A DNA stretch of 64,000 nucleotides, taken from contig NC_047075.1 in assembly GCF_902459465.1 (NCBI RefSeq), forward strand, positions 248,001 through 312,000. Reading direction: 5' to 3'. Shown piece by piece: positions 35,892-49,858 of this stretch. Position 1 is the first letter of the stretch; each line of letters starts with the position of its first letter. Position numbers and translations under genes: made by a program. The notes under the pieces are model-generated. The model was not told the DNA's origin. It made no database searches and saw only the letters and a list, made by a program, of their open reading frames with translations. The stretch comes from Asterias rubens. Its lineage: Eukaryota.

Positions 35892-38461
35892 CTATGTGAC
35901 TACTTGGATGCACTTCCTAGATACATTTTAAGCTAAAACTATTTTTATTTCCTTTTCCATCATTTGCTTATTTTATTAAATAAAACATAAAAATAAACAA
36001 TGATGAAGTGCAGAAAACTGTCAAAAGAGGAAGTCCGTTTTCAAAATATGTTGAGCGATACGTAAAATAAGGAACAAGTTTAATGAGGAAGTATTATTCA
36101 TATTTCTCATGAAAATGTGTTCTTCGATTTCAATATCAACATGACATGAAATGCTAGGAAATGTATACGAAGATGCGTCTAATTTACTAAGTAGCACCCT
36201 TTTTCACTTGTTATGATAAAACTATTACTGTTATTTTCTTTACCAAAAATAAGGTTATGCTTTTGACAAAGTGAAGTGGAAAAAAATAATGTCCGTGTCC
36301 TGCCACCACTTCACTTTTTCTTTTCGTAATGAACTAAAAAGTAAATAATTATCATTGTATACCTAAATGAGATAATCTTGTTATTTTAATTTGTGGTATC
36401 AGGATACGGAAATCTTTCCCAGTGGGTGGGGGATGGACCCAACATTATACCCGAATAGACAACAAATTGTTAAATGGCGGTCGATAGACCCACTCCCTTT
36501 GGCGTGATACAAATATATTATCCATAGAAGTGGTGGGGATCATAAGTGTGTCAAACATGTGAATATTGATAGGTGTGAATTTAAAAGCAACAGCAATACA
36601 TTTTGAAGGTTTAACTATTATATAATACCAAGCTAAATAGAAAAAATATTCAAAATCACAGTTTCTTGAAGATTGAAATGTCAAATTCAGTTTGTTTCTA
36701 TGAAAGCCCAAATCCTGAACTGAAGTTTATTCATTAGTGTCATCCGCCAAATTTGTTTTTAATTGAAAAGAATATTCTCAATGAAATACAATGGGCTTAC
36801 TACTACACAGTTTAACAAAATATCACTTTGTATCGAGCGTGCATTATAATAAAAACAAGTTTGATAAAGAAAGTATTTACAGCCTAACCACGCTATACGC
36901 GGCCATTTTGCAAGCACATGTCATCACCCATTACGAACCCATCCCATTTCAGTGTCAGATAACTTCGTACCTTTTACAACTTCACTTTAAAAAACTTACC
37001 CAAATATCCCTCGGCGCCGTTGAGTCGTATACTATGGAGTCACTTCTACTTTTCCTCCGTACTGCAATAAAATCTCCCTCAAACAACTCACAGAGCAGGA
37101 AATAATGTTGTATTTTTCCACAATTTGGTGTCCAACTTGAAACAAGGTTGGGAGGGGCGCAATAACGTACAGTGGAGTGTTGAGTCAGACTGCACACTCT
37201 AACGCACTTCGAAGTGGGGAATCAGTCTTTGAGCAGACAAAAAGAACGTGCCCTCACCCCAAACCTTTCTATTCAGCTACCCTTATGGGTTGACATAATA
37301 ATAGCACTGTCGATGGGTGGTGATTGTTATGGTAATTAGATTCAGACTTGTAATGCTGCGTGGAATGTGATTTGTAACTTCAATGTTGGTAGGTTACGAA
37401 GGGTAGACTTTACTTAGTAGTTCGTCGTGTGACGCTGATTTAATTTCTCTATGTAATCATAATATTATTTTAATAGTAATAACAATAACGGACAACATTG
37501 CGCAACACCTATGAATAAACTCTACTGCACATTACATGAAATACATAAGATGCAAAGAAAAGGGATATACAACACAAACAGATCAACAAATTGGGTTTAA
37601 CTTCGATTTATTGTATACATTAAGTAAAGATGATTGTCTAATACAAGGAGGGATGACTCCAAAGTTTTGGAGCAGCGTACACAAAATTGAAGAAAAAATT
37701 CCTGTTTTTTTTTACAGCAAGTCTTACAAATAATTTTGTTCAATGATTTATCATGGGAAACAAAAAATGTTATTTCTTTCATATCCATGGTGGAGTGAAT
37801 TTCTCAAAGAGTTAAAGTCAAGTTCAGAATCTCGAGTTAGAACTAACTCGTAACGACGTTAAATTGGCATCAGGGATGAAGAATAATATATGTGAATAGG
37901 TGAGCCGCAAATAATACTCCATCATGAGTTTTGGAAAAGTGTGATTTGGGAAAATGAAACGTGACAAAAAAAATTATAGTCTACTTTTTATTGCAAAGGT
38001 AAGACAAAGACAACTCCTAGTTTTTGATAAACAAAATAATTTAAGTTTTGATGGGTAAACACTTCTTTTTCTCTCCTTTATGAATTATTTTAATCTTTGT
38101 TTTTAATATCTAATGAATCTGAAATATAATAGTAATAACAATTATTGATTGTAATTAGTTTTGCATTAAATATAACAGAATATTGATCTCAATTAAGTTT
38201 CGGGAATCAATCAGAGAGGCCACGTAAGTTACTTAAATAAAACGATAAAGTAAATATTTTCAAAGGGAAACAAACCTTTAAAAGTTACTAAGCCAAGTGG
38301 AAAATTGACATCTTTTACTGATATAATTGCCAGAGTAATAGAACCATCAACTAAACACCATTCAGTCATTTACCTAGTCGTGAGTCGCTAGGTTTGTCGA
38401 TTTCGTTCGTTTTACACCTGTAAAACAAGCAGCTACTGGCGATTCTCGCTCAACAGAGGAC

Positions 38462-39146
38462 GCTATGCAGATATTGCAATATTCCTGTACCCATTGCTTG
38501 TGCACAAAGAAAACAGACCGTAACATTACGTGCTGTGGACCCAGGATATGGCAATATTCCTGTACCCATTGCTTGTGCACAGTATATGAGAAGACATTTA
38601 CGTGCTGTGGACCCAGGATATGGCAATATTCCTGCACCCATTGCTTGTGCACAGTATATGAGAAGAAAGACCGTTACATTTTCGTGCTGTGGACCCGTGA
38701 TATGGCAATATTCCTGTACCCATTGCTTGTGCACAGTATATGCGAAGACAGACCGTTACATTTTCGTGATGTGGACCCAGGATATGGCAATATTCCTGTA
38801 CCCATTGCTTTGTGCACAGTATGGGCCTTGGTGGACCCGTGATATGGCAATATTCCTGTACCCATCGCTTGCGCACAGTATACGAAGAGAGACCGTTACA
38901 TTTTCGTGCTGTGGACCCGCGATATGTCAATATTCCTGTACCCATTGCTTGTGCACAGTATATGGGAAGACAGACCGTTACATTTACGTGCTGTGGACCC
39001 GGGATATGGCAATATTCCTGTACCCATTGCTTGTGCACAGTATATGAGAAGACAGACCGTTACATTTACGGGCTGTGTACCCGGGATATGGCAATATTCC
39101 TGTACCCATTACTTGCGCACAGTATACGGGCCTTGGTGGACCCGTG
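38462..39146. repeat. Minisatellite, about 82-bp unit with 60-72-bp variants, about 9 copies
   Basis: Recurrent ggacccaggatatggcaatattcctgtacccattgcttgtgcacagtat. Confidence 0.92.
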
Positions 39147-39310
39147 ATAATGGAATAATTATGGTAAATTGAATCTAAAATTAATGGATAACGAACTACA
39201 AGGATTGAAGATGCACTATCTATAGCAATCTTCTGGATGTATTCTTACTAAATCGACCTTTGATTTTGACCTCAGGCTGAGCAGTTTGTCTTGATTAATG
39301 ATAATTATTA

Positions 39311-40391
39311 TTAGTCTAGGCGGCAACCAAGTACCTCAAAACGCATACAGCATTCATCCTTCCATGTTTTTGGTAGAATACGCAGGTACCTTGCAAACAA
39401 TGTCTCTGCGAATGTTACAGTAGCTTGTGTCTCACTGTCTGTATTGCCACTCTGAAAAAAAAATGAAGGAATCCGACTTCAATTCAATTTCATTTCGGTA
39501 ACAAATTAATGATAGATCAAAAAAAAATGTTACTTCCATGACGTTTTGACCTTTTCTTTTTAGTCACTGATTTGGTCGAAACAGGGGGGGGGGGCAGCTA
39601 CACTTTTTTGCAGCAACTGCGCAATTTCTATTTCCTCAAAATACAGATTTAAAATAGGTAAGTAAGTTGATGGGATATCACCATCAACCCTTGTTTGAGA
39701 ACCGTTTAATGATCTGAGAAGAACTAGGAATGAGAAACAGCCTCGACGTTTCGAGTAGTGTGATCTGCAAGTTTTGATAGAGAAAGGCTGGACATGGACT
39801 GTTTTAAGTGTCCTGTGGGACAATGGTTAAACTTACTTCTAGTGGTACTGCACCAGCAGTCATTACGGCACTCCATTCGAGGCCATTGTCACTGAACTCC
39901 ACAGTGAATGTCATTACCCAGTTATACACCGGAGTTTCACCTAGATCGCGCCCCTGAGTGATAAGAGCAGTGATGTGAACCTTTGACACGAAGTCAACTT
40001 GTATCCATGGTGTTCTGTCGCTGTTTTTCTTACACCATCCACCAGCGCTACCACTAAACTCTAAGTGCAAAATTAATAAACAAAATAATATTTTACCATA
40101 GTTTCCTAAAACTATACGAATTCGGCTAAATTTCACAAAACTCGTAGGTTGTTTCCGGAAGAGGCGACTTCGACTATAGCTACAGCTTCGGCTGTGGCTT
40201 CGGCTGTGGCTAATACCTAAAACAAGATCAGATTCCTGTGGACTGACATCAGACACTGATGAATTTACCTTGAGTATTAAGACGAGCTTTTACAGCTTCG
40301 TATCCACTAGACCCCCACTCTGACGAAGCTGTTATACTGTCATCAGGTATAGCACCACTCTCCATTCCAAGTGGAGCCGCATACGGACAAA
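39311..40391 (-). CDS. F5/8 type C (discoidin) domain, C-terminal part of a gene; upstream exons unresolved
   Basis: Exons: 40391-40269 (CPYAAPLGMESGAIPDDSITASSEW...ARLN), 40060-39837 (GGWC...PWIQVDF...ITQGR...WVMTFTVEFSDNG..W), 39451-39311 (SGNTDSET...ARYLRILPKTWKDECCMRFEVLGC-RLD, TAA). Complete discoidin consensus with phases 1/1/0 matching. Confidence 0.92.
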
Positions 40392-40984
40392 CTAAAGTAA
40401 AGAGTGACAAAAAAGACGAAATAAAACACAAAAATCCCGACAAACACCATCAAAAAAACCACCACAGCAATCAACAAACACTAATTAATTGCACAACCAA
40501 GTTTATCTGGATATGATGACGTCATAAGTAGATCATCAGAGGGCCGGATACGACAAGTATCGTCGCGTGTACAGATAGTTCTCGCTGGATAGACGCATTG
40601 CAACTTGGGATTTTTGTTCTGATCTGCTTCAAGCCCTCTGTTTACCTATTCATTGTCAACAAGACATGTGACAGTGGTCTACTATACGAACCATGCATGT
40701 GAGTCAGTAAACTTCAAGCGGGAAAAACAGGATGTCAAAACACTGTGACGTCAATATTGTATACCATTAATCTCGAAGTGTGACGTCAGATGTTCATGCT
40801 ATTGATGTGGCCTCACCTGTGAGGGCACTTTTTGGCCTCCGTGAGGGCACTTTTGAAGCGTGTGACGTCACTATCGAGGGGTCTAATGTTTTAACAACTA
40901 AGGGGAAAGCTCAGGTGCTTTTTTAAACGAAGTTAAAATACGATCTAGAGACTCGCATAGTAATTTGATGAGATAGAACAATAC

Positions 40985-41152
40985 CTTGGTATTTTGGGGT
41001 AGGTGTCATATGACTTCGCTCCTCCTCTTTGCGGCAGCCATTTTGAACGGATTGAAGCATCCAGCGGTAGACGTTGAGCGGATCGTCACCAAGTTTTGGT
41101 TGAAGAACAGGCCCGAAGTAACAAGATCGCATACCGCCCTCAACGATGTCCA
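40985..41152 (-). CDS. Possible upstream exon of the discoidin gene
   Basis: Open 168-nt stretch (DIVEGGMRSCYFGPVLQPKLGDDPLNVYRWMLQSVQNGCRKEEERSHMTPTPKYQ) bounded by TTTCAAAG| and G|GTATTG, phase 1 at both ends, compatible with the 40391 acceptor. No recognisable domain. Confidence 0.3.
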
Positions 41153-41240
41153 CTTTGAAATAGTATAATAAAACAAGTATTATTTTTTATGTTAGGCAAA
41201 CTAGTTCTTCAGAGAAGGTAATTTTGGCCGTTTTCATAAT

Positions 41241-41415
41241 AGACTTGTGGACAAGTCGTTACACTAACCTTGTCGCAGTGATAGTGGAACGATTCTCTCA
41301 CAACTATCTCGCGACACTGCTACTGCTCTGCGCGAGACTGTGAGCATTATTCTTGTGGTTCCGAGAGGGCCGTTTCGCTATCACTGCGACAGACAAACGA
41401 CTTGTCTTCAAGTCT
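41241..41415. mobile_element. MITE-like inverted repeat, about 50-bp arms
   Basis: agacttgtggacaagtcgtt...tgtcgcagtgatag...aacg pairs with cgtt...ctatcactgcgaca...aacgacttgtc..caagtct. Confidence 0.65.
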
Positions 41416-44388
41416 ACTGGTTGACAATCTTTGACATTATTTCACACTATTTTGAAGCATGGCAATTGAGGTCATTGGGCGGCCATATTGGAACTCTTAA
41501 CTTTATAAAGCGTGCAATGCACCGTCAATGGCACCGGATGCCGGTTACGGTGGGCCGGATGCGGCCATGATGCCAATCCAAAGCTCCACTCCATGGTCTT
41601 AGATGAAGTATTAATCAACTTATTTTTGTTCAGACAGTTCCACGGTCATTATTGTCAGCTCAAATTATAATTTCTTTCTAAAAACCTATTATGGATATTA
41701 CAAAATATTACCCAACAATGTGGCTTCTGTGTTCAGGAAATCACAAGGACCTTGGTCAGAGAAATACACACTCATAAATTATTTTGTCTCAAATTACAAC
41801 AATGGACGACACCCCATCGAGTTAAAGACATACGGAAACCATTAAATCTGTGTTTAATTGGGCTCCTTCTAAATTCAAATACAAAGTATATATAGAAAGG
41901 GTAGTAATCAATATTTCTTTTCAATCTGAAGCGCAGAGGTAATCAATTTTATGCACACATTTTAATCCCCATATTGTAAAGCAGGGGGAACGTATTATTG
42001 TCAATATAATATTGCTTAAAAGGATTGTACAACCCACTGTTTGTTTCATTTTTTGTTTGTAGACATACCCCCTAACAATCCTGTGAACATATCATTACAA
42101 AGGTGGTAGTGTTTTTGAGATATTGTCGGAAAACTGGAGCGGCTGTGCGTCACGTAGGAAGAATAATCTGCTATTTGTAAACACCATATGAGAAGCGTTA
42201 CCGTAGTAACGCTTCTAACAATAAATTATAATTAATATATTGAGGGAGAAAAATAGAAATTTTGTACATAACCGCGGTACTTCAAAGTTAAATGTTTCTC
42301 AAAATGCATCCCAAAGCTGGTGTCACATTTAAAGAAATTCAACGGGTTTGTTTGCCAGACGTGTTTGTTTGCAATACACGTGGAGGGTTGTATTTGCTCT
42401 TCCAAAAACAATGACGTATATAACTTTCCCTATTATTGGTGTAGGGAACACTCTAGTGTAGGGCTTGCACAAGTCTAGCTAAAGGAAAATAGACATTATT
42501 TCAAGGGGCTGCTTGCTTAAGCCCAACGAACAAGCTAAGCTCTACACAATTAAGCACAAATGCAAAGATACCAGCTAAAATAGAATGTCACATGTACCAT
42601 TTGCGACTGGTATCTTGCACAATTTTTGCTTAGCAGAACATTGTTAAGCATCATATCTCGCTGAAGCAGCTCTACGAAACGGGGTCCATAGCGTTGCTAT
42701 AGAAACGTCCAATATGAAGGGTCCAATTAAGAACCCATTGTCATTATTGTTTACTTCCGACCCCTTTTCTGACCTTAAAAGCAAATTATCTGTGGTTTCT
42801 TGAACCGTCCATTAAAATCCTATAAATGTATGTGCACAATTAAACAAATATATGAAAATTTCATTTCAAGAGGCGGTCGCGTTTTGGGTATATTAGGCTA
42901 CAAGACGTAGGCCAACTCGAGGAGTTACTGATAAAAAGGAAAATGTTATCTTTCTTTGCATGATGTGATAGAATGAAATAATAACACAGCTCCCGTATCC
43001 ATTATAATAACTTTGCTGTATACTTTGGGACAATAATAAATCAGTTATACATTATTATAAGCGGAATAAGTGTGCTTTTTGGTGATGAGTAAAATTCATT
43101 CATTTTCTTGTTTTTACACAGCATAGCCCCTTAAACCAAATGTGAACACATCATAAATAAATTTTAACAAAAACCCACAAAAACGTCAAATAAATACGTT
43201 TAAATGTTGGGATTTATTGTTCTAATTCTTGAATGTTTTTAATGCGATAACTGACACTTATTCCTAGATGCATTTCTTAAACATTCAAATTCACAATTGC
43301 CTATGATTTTAAAAACATTCGGTAAAGACTCTGCTTGGGTCGAAACGTCAGGCCGTTATACATTTCTTTGCATTTAAACCATGTTTCCCTTTGGTTGATA
43401 GGCCGGCAGTTTATAACAGCTGATTGAATTATCTAAAAAATAAATAAAACGATAAATCTAGTCCGTGGTAGTAGAATAAAGAAAGACAGTTCACTCTAAG
43501 AACAAACTCTACCCGGCAAGTAGATGTACACCAATACCGCAAACCAAATTTATATTGATACCTCAACATGCAATGCCTCAAATCATATATAAATAAAACT
43601 AATTTACTTTACCGAGTTGCAAGTACAGAAGGACCAAGATTTGCAACGCATTGATGATACAGTGGTTGATATTCATCATTAGCAAGGGCGCCACAGGTAA
43701 ACAATTCAAAAATGTTCGTCAGATAAAACAGAGAGAATTTTTAACTTGTCTCCTCGTCAATTATTCTCTGCTTCTATGAATGAGCTAGTAGCTTTTACCG
43801 AAGCGTGCCAACCACTCAATGACGTCACAGAGATGCGCAGCAAACACTATAGAGTAACAATAGATAGCATGCTAGCTGATTAACTCAGTGGACCAATCAG
43901 ACCGATGGTATTTACAACGAAATGAAACGTAGATGGTGAAATACAAGCGCATTTTATCTATAGCTTAGCATAAGCATTCTACAGCTGAAGCACAGTTGCA
44001 CAGGTAAATGCAACGATACACCTTTGGTTTTGGGAACCGTCGAATTGTTTCAATGTTATTTTTATGAAGTCGTTTACAATAAAGAGAACTTAATCGGTTC
44101 AATTCATTTACATATGATTTAATTCAAACTGCACATTTGAGTACTTTAGAGTAATATCAAACATTGTGCCTACAAGTAAATATGAATGCAGTACTATAAT
44201 AATAATTATTGTATGGTGTGGCAAACATGCTGTACAATGTGAAATCAGTGTCAAAGTGACTTTATAAGCTACTAGAAAAAGATGTCCACATCAAAATTTA
44301 GGGCCCTTCTAAACTGTTGTTGTTTTTATACTGTTGTTTTTATGGCTGACATTTTGAAACTGTAACTCTCTGTTCAGAAATGAGTACT

Positions 44389-44579
44389 GGGCTCAATTTC
44401 ATAGAGCTGCAAGCACAAACAGTAGCTAAGCACACCAATTATGCTTACCAGAATAAGGTAATCAGCCAAACTACCATGCCATAAGTACAATTTGTGAATA
44501 GTATCCTGCTCATTTCTGCTCTTAGCAGATAATCGTTAAGCAATACTTTTCTGCTAAGAAGCTCTATGATATTGGGCCC
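44389..44579. mobile_element. MITE, GGGCCCAATTTCATAGAGCTGC family
   Basis: Ends gggctcaatttcatagagctgc ... gctctatgatattgggccc. Confidence 0.75.
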
Positions 44580-47500
44580 TATATAATGAGATATTTTGAA
44601 ATGATCATTCAACTATGTACTATATAAAAAAAACAATCCGTTTAGCTCCTCCCCCTTCTGTGTAAGCCAATCACAGCTGTAAACTGCTGTATCAAGTCTT
44701 AAAAAGTTAGACATGGGTGTGGTTTAACATGGGTGTGGTTTAACATGGGTGTGGTTCAACATGGTTCAAATGCTCTCTACTGTCAACAAGTCTACCAAGT
44801 CTGCATGGATTCTAGAAATAAAGTAATTTGAATAGAACATGCTGTTGGATCAGTGAGAAATGCGTATAATTTGAATACATTAGCATAATGTATATCCACT
44901 TGTTGTCAGAGTCACACAAGGGGCAAAGTATTGAGCAGGATCATATTTACATCTTATGCCAAGGACACAGGATTAAATTCAAGCAGGAAACAGACTATGA
45001 AAGTTAAATCTTTGTCAAATTCCAATCATTCTATTTACTGCAGAATTCTACACTTATGCTTAGATTGTTTCCTGGCCAAGTTATCAAGAGATTGATCTTA
45101 AAGGGGCACACGCCTTTAAATCTCTTAAAAATCATCCTGTTTGGAAATGCTCCTAATCATTTTTAAGAGTTGTTCATGCAGAAAAACTCCTGCAGTTTTC
45201 TTGGAATTATATAAACTACTGATAACAAAAAGCTCATACATTTGCCTCTTGAAAGGCAACCAGCCGAAAATACAGTCTGCTGCCAAAGAGTGGAGTAGCT
45301 TGGAGGAAAGTATACAAAATACGACTTGCCTAAAACACTCTAGCTACTAGAGTTTTATTTTCAATATGTAAAGTAGTGACCATTTGTCCATACTGGCACC
45401 TTATAATATAATAATAGTTAACTGTCCAATGTTGCAAACTATCAGTAGCTAGGGGGCATTCTTACAATTACCACAGTCATCTAGTCCAAACACTTTCAAT
45501 AAACCCTTTGCATTTGACGTCACAAGCTCAAAGCAGCCCCCCTTACTGAGGTCAATGATGAGCTCTCATTGGTTGAGAGTTATGTGCGGTGTGAACATCT
45601 ATTCACCGTTTGACATCCAAGATGGCGGGCAATGCAGGGGGTCTATGGAGCAAGTTGGGAACTTGGCTTCTAACTACCGCTTCAACCTGACAACAACATT
45701 GTATGTAACCCCACTACCCAGCACCGATTAAATAAATAAAAAATAGATCATTAACAATTTCCCACAAGAATAGTCACTTGCATTGGTGTGTAAATGAAAA
45801 ACTCTCTTGAGATGAAAGCTTTAATTTATGGGGACGAAAAAAGAAAAAATTGAAATACATCTAATTACATTAAAAAAATCAAATTAAATTCAATATTAAT
45901 TAATTCAAAAATAAATTATTGCACATGTCAAATCAAATGAACAACTAATAGTGGCTGTGTGATACTATAAAAACGCTTAATGAATAAATAATTATGAAAC
46001 AAAATAATAGTATGTACAAGTTAAAACTCAGTTCAAAAACAGGAATACATTGGCAATAAAGTTGTTGGGAAAAAAATGAGATAAGCTATTAAAGAAATCA
46101 TGAAACAATTCAATTCACATGTTACTATTATATATAAATAAACGACCAGGGACAGTTAGTGCATAAGCAATTTGTGAGTTAGATTTGCATGTCTGGTTCA
46201 GTGAGTTGCTAAAAAACAAATTACTGCTTAAATTTGAGTTAAACAAAATAGTTAGTGGCCTTACGTTTCAACCCTAGCAGAGGCTAGTTTGCAACAGCAA
46301 GTTCTATTTCCTAAGTAAGATTTTCTCATACTAATGAGAGACACTCTCTAAACTTGTTCAGCACTTGTTATTTTAAACAGTATTTCTATTGATGTTTCGT
46401 GACCACACAAAGTTGATAAGGTCTCATTTGAACAGTGTAGTATTTTGCCTACCAGGAACTTCCCCGGAATGCACAGGGTAACTGTTTAGCGAACTAAGTG
46501 ACAGGGTTTCCACATAATGACTTACTATTTTGCACTGAACAGAGAACAATTCTTCTAGGCAGTTACTACTCCAAACCTAATAAGCACCACTTTGAAGGTT
46601 TGCACATTATATCTATTTAAACATATATGTACATGTAATTCTTTTTTGGGGGGCCAAGAACCACAATATTGTACCAAGGCAGTCACGAATTGTTGTTTCT
46701 TGTAAATGTGGGGGGGGGGGAGATATGGTTTTCTGACATTGTCAAATATGAACAAACACAATCCATGAGCTGCACGTTTAACTCTTGTAGCACAACCATG
46801 CATAACAATATTTGGTCCCTTTTTGTTACAGAAAAAAATTTATCAAAATATTCAAAACTTATTAATCATTTTATTTTTCTCAAATAAAATGGGGGGGGGG
46901 GCAGGTGGATGGAAAAGCTATTGCAAGATTACATACACGCTTTAAATTTGATTGGTTAATTGGTTATAGGATTTGGGGATGTGCATTCATTGTCTGAAAT
47001 GTATCGTAAAAAAACTAGGCATTAGTAAAAACACCTATTATGGTTCATTCATGCAGATTGGCCTTAGAAATTGCTTGTGTTAACAGCTCCAAAGCACAAG
47101 CGTCATTACCAGGATTGTAACCCACACTCTGCTGCTAACAACACCTATGACCTTTCACTAAACTAACTTATAATCTTAATGCACAGATTTACTAAGCATG
47201 TTGTAAAAAAGCTCCTTATGCTTGAATTGTATACATTATAGAATAGAGTACTGAGCAAGTCAGCCGCTAAGCAAATACATGTGTTTATGCTTAGCGTCTG
47301 TTAAAGTCCCTTGTGCATTAATTTAACAATACAGCATTACAGCCTAAAACCTCATCATAATCAAATCTCCTCAAAAAACGCCAACTTTACTTTAGAACAA
47401 CCTTAACGAGAAAAGTGATTTTTTTAAGAAGAAACTTTCTATTTAGCCAATAGTACTAATATCAATAAACACTCTGTCAAACACCTGGCTAAGTGCGCTA

Positions 47501-47994
47501 TAATAACGATATTTAAACCAACATAGTACGCTATGGGCTCGCTACCAATCAAACACTTATTGCGATATGTACACACTCTCACCCTCTCTCTCTCAGAATT
47601 AAAAAAATGGTGCAGAATTCTTCAAAATTTGTAATAAGAACAGTTAATCTAATATTCACATCTTTGATGTCATGCAAAATACAGATAGTCAAGTTACCAT
47701 CAAACACTTAAAACGTTCTTCAATTCAAAATTCAAGTTTGTACTTTTTTTTATAGGTACATAAAAGTTAAAGCATATTTCAGTGGGCTTCTACAATATGA
47801 GCAATTCTTCAACAGTTTAACACAGAACAAGTTGGTAAAATATTATTCACAAAACCAATAATGCATGCGTAGATAAAAGTACATCAGTGGGCAATATTAA
47901 CAGGCATTAATTAGTTCTTTATTTCATACAATGAGGTCCATTATTTACCCAATGGGTGACTTTCTCCTTAAAAAGGTTAATCATTGCCATTAGT

Positions 47995-48135
47995 TTTATC
48001 ATTTTAGACAGGTCCTTTATTTTAGGCAAGTCCATTATTTTAGACCAGTCTATTATTTTAGACCAGTCTATTATTTTAGACCAGTCTATTATTTTAGACC
48101 AGTCTATTATTTTAGACAGGTCCATTATTTTATGG
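47995..48135. repeat. 18-bp minisatellite
   Basis: About 7 units of accagtctattattttag. Confidence 0.88.
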
Positions 48136-48987
48136 GTCCAATATTCTAGACGAGCCAAATATTTTTGATGAGGTCCATAGTGGCATTCTTCGGTATCAAC
48201 AGGTGCTATGACCTTTGACCTTTGGTCAAATTGCTGGTAACATACAATACACAGTCACAGATGTGTAAATGCTACTTACATCATATAATATATGATTCAA
48301 CCACAATACAAGTACGATAACGAAAAACAACAAAGTTTGGTCGTGTCCAAATTATTGGCTCGGGCAAAACACCAGACCTTGAAGTTCACTCTTGAGGGGC
48401 ACAGCAAATGTCCTTAGATATGGGGCACTACTATGGAGAACATTTTGAACTTTGCCAAAGGGCACCACAGCAAAAGCACCGGGCAATTGCTTTGAGTGCC
48501 GTGGGTTGAGCTATCGGGTTTGAGATGTGCGTCTAGCTGGACGTAGTGGCTGTGGTTTTGATTTGTTTTTTTCAGACGTTGGGCATAGACAGCTTTTTAT
48601 CCATCACTTTATGACTAATCCGAGTTGATTCTCCCAACTAAAAACCTTTAATTCCTCCTCATGTGAGGATAGTACAAACTTTCACCATTGAGTTGTAAAA
48701 AGGTTACTTTAATTTATATTCTCTCACTGTAGATAAGCACACTAGATTGCCATCTACATAGAATCAAATCAATGTGTATTGTAGCAAGGTCATTTAATTA
48801 GATCTAAACGATCGCACCAAAACCAAAAATATGTTATTTGGTAAAACCAGGGTTGAGATTCACTGCTGACAAAACAGTTCAAAATTAGGATTCAGATCTT
48901 AGGAGGTACGTTGAAATGATAGAAATTGTACCTGGGGATTATAGATTCCCAGGAGCTTTTGCGAGCAGTATCTTCAGTGCTAGAGGA

Positions 48988-49291
48988 TGTGTCCTTAAGC
49001 AAGATACTCAACCATTGCTTCGTCCTTCAGATGAGACGTAAAGCCGTTGGTCCCATGTCTTGTGTAAACGTATGTTAAAGAACCCAGTGCACTTATCATA
49101 AAGAGAAGGGGTTGGCCCCGGTGTTCCTGGCTGGATTGGCAGCATATTGCGCCCAGCACCTTGTAAACCATTGTACATGGTGCTAAGGATTAGGTCTTAT
49201 ATCTCAAACTTCATCCCACTCATTGCAGTAATAATACCTGGCGCTTTGTATCCTTTGGCAAAAGGCGCGTTATAAATACGGTTATTATTAT
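48988..49291 (+). mobile_element. SINE body, 5'-truncated, with (TAT)n tail
   Basis: tgtgtccttaagcaagatact...aaagaacccagtgcacttatc...gcgcgttataaatacggttattattattg. No ORF. Confidence 0.6.
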
Positions 49292-49478
49292 TGTTATAAT
49301 GTTGAAATAATGGAATTTCAACCATTTGAAACCAACTGTGTGTTAGACTTGACAGAGCTTTTGGGAACAGTTTCCTCGGAACTACAGAAGTAGATTAAAG
49401 AGTAGGGTTTCTTTATATGCGGACAAAAATAACATCACAAGTCTGATTAAAAAGTCTTATTTCAGATAAAACTCTGAA

Positions 49479-49598
49479 AACTTTCCCATCCCTGTTAAAC
49501 CCAACTCCAACGACACAACTTTCCCATCCCTGTTAAACCCAACTCCAACGACACAACTTTCCCATCCCTGTTAAACCCAACTCCAACGACACAACTTG
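49479..49598. repeat. 38-bp tandem repeat, 3 copies
   Basis: ctttcccatccctgttaaacccaactccaacgacacaa at 49481, 49519 and 49557. Confidence 0.9.
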
Positions 49599-49858
49599 AT
49601 TGTCCTACACTGGGTCAAAGATCAAAATCTTGGTCCCAACTATTTCAAGTTAATTGCTACAAAGCTAAAAACCAGTGCGCTCCTCCAATGAAATATGTAA
49701 ATTACATTTACGGATGATTTTCTTCAACGGGCCAAATTATGTTTTCAGATAAAACTCTGAACTTTCTAATCTCTTCTTTAAAAACCCAAGTCCATTGCGT
49801 CAAAGATCCAACCTCTCCCAATCTTGGTCCTAACTATTTCAAGTGTATGGCTACAAAG

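Noticed and set aside
38374-39172. Overlapping Cys-rich ORFs
   Set aside because: Translations of the 82-bp minisatellite, open in many frames on both strands.
41269-41347. ATG-initiated phase-1 exon MLTVSRRAV... as start of the discoidin gene
   Set aside because: Lies inside the 41241-41415 inverted-repeat element and encodes no signal peptide.
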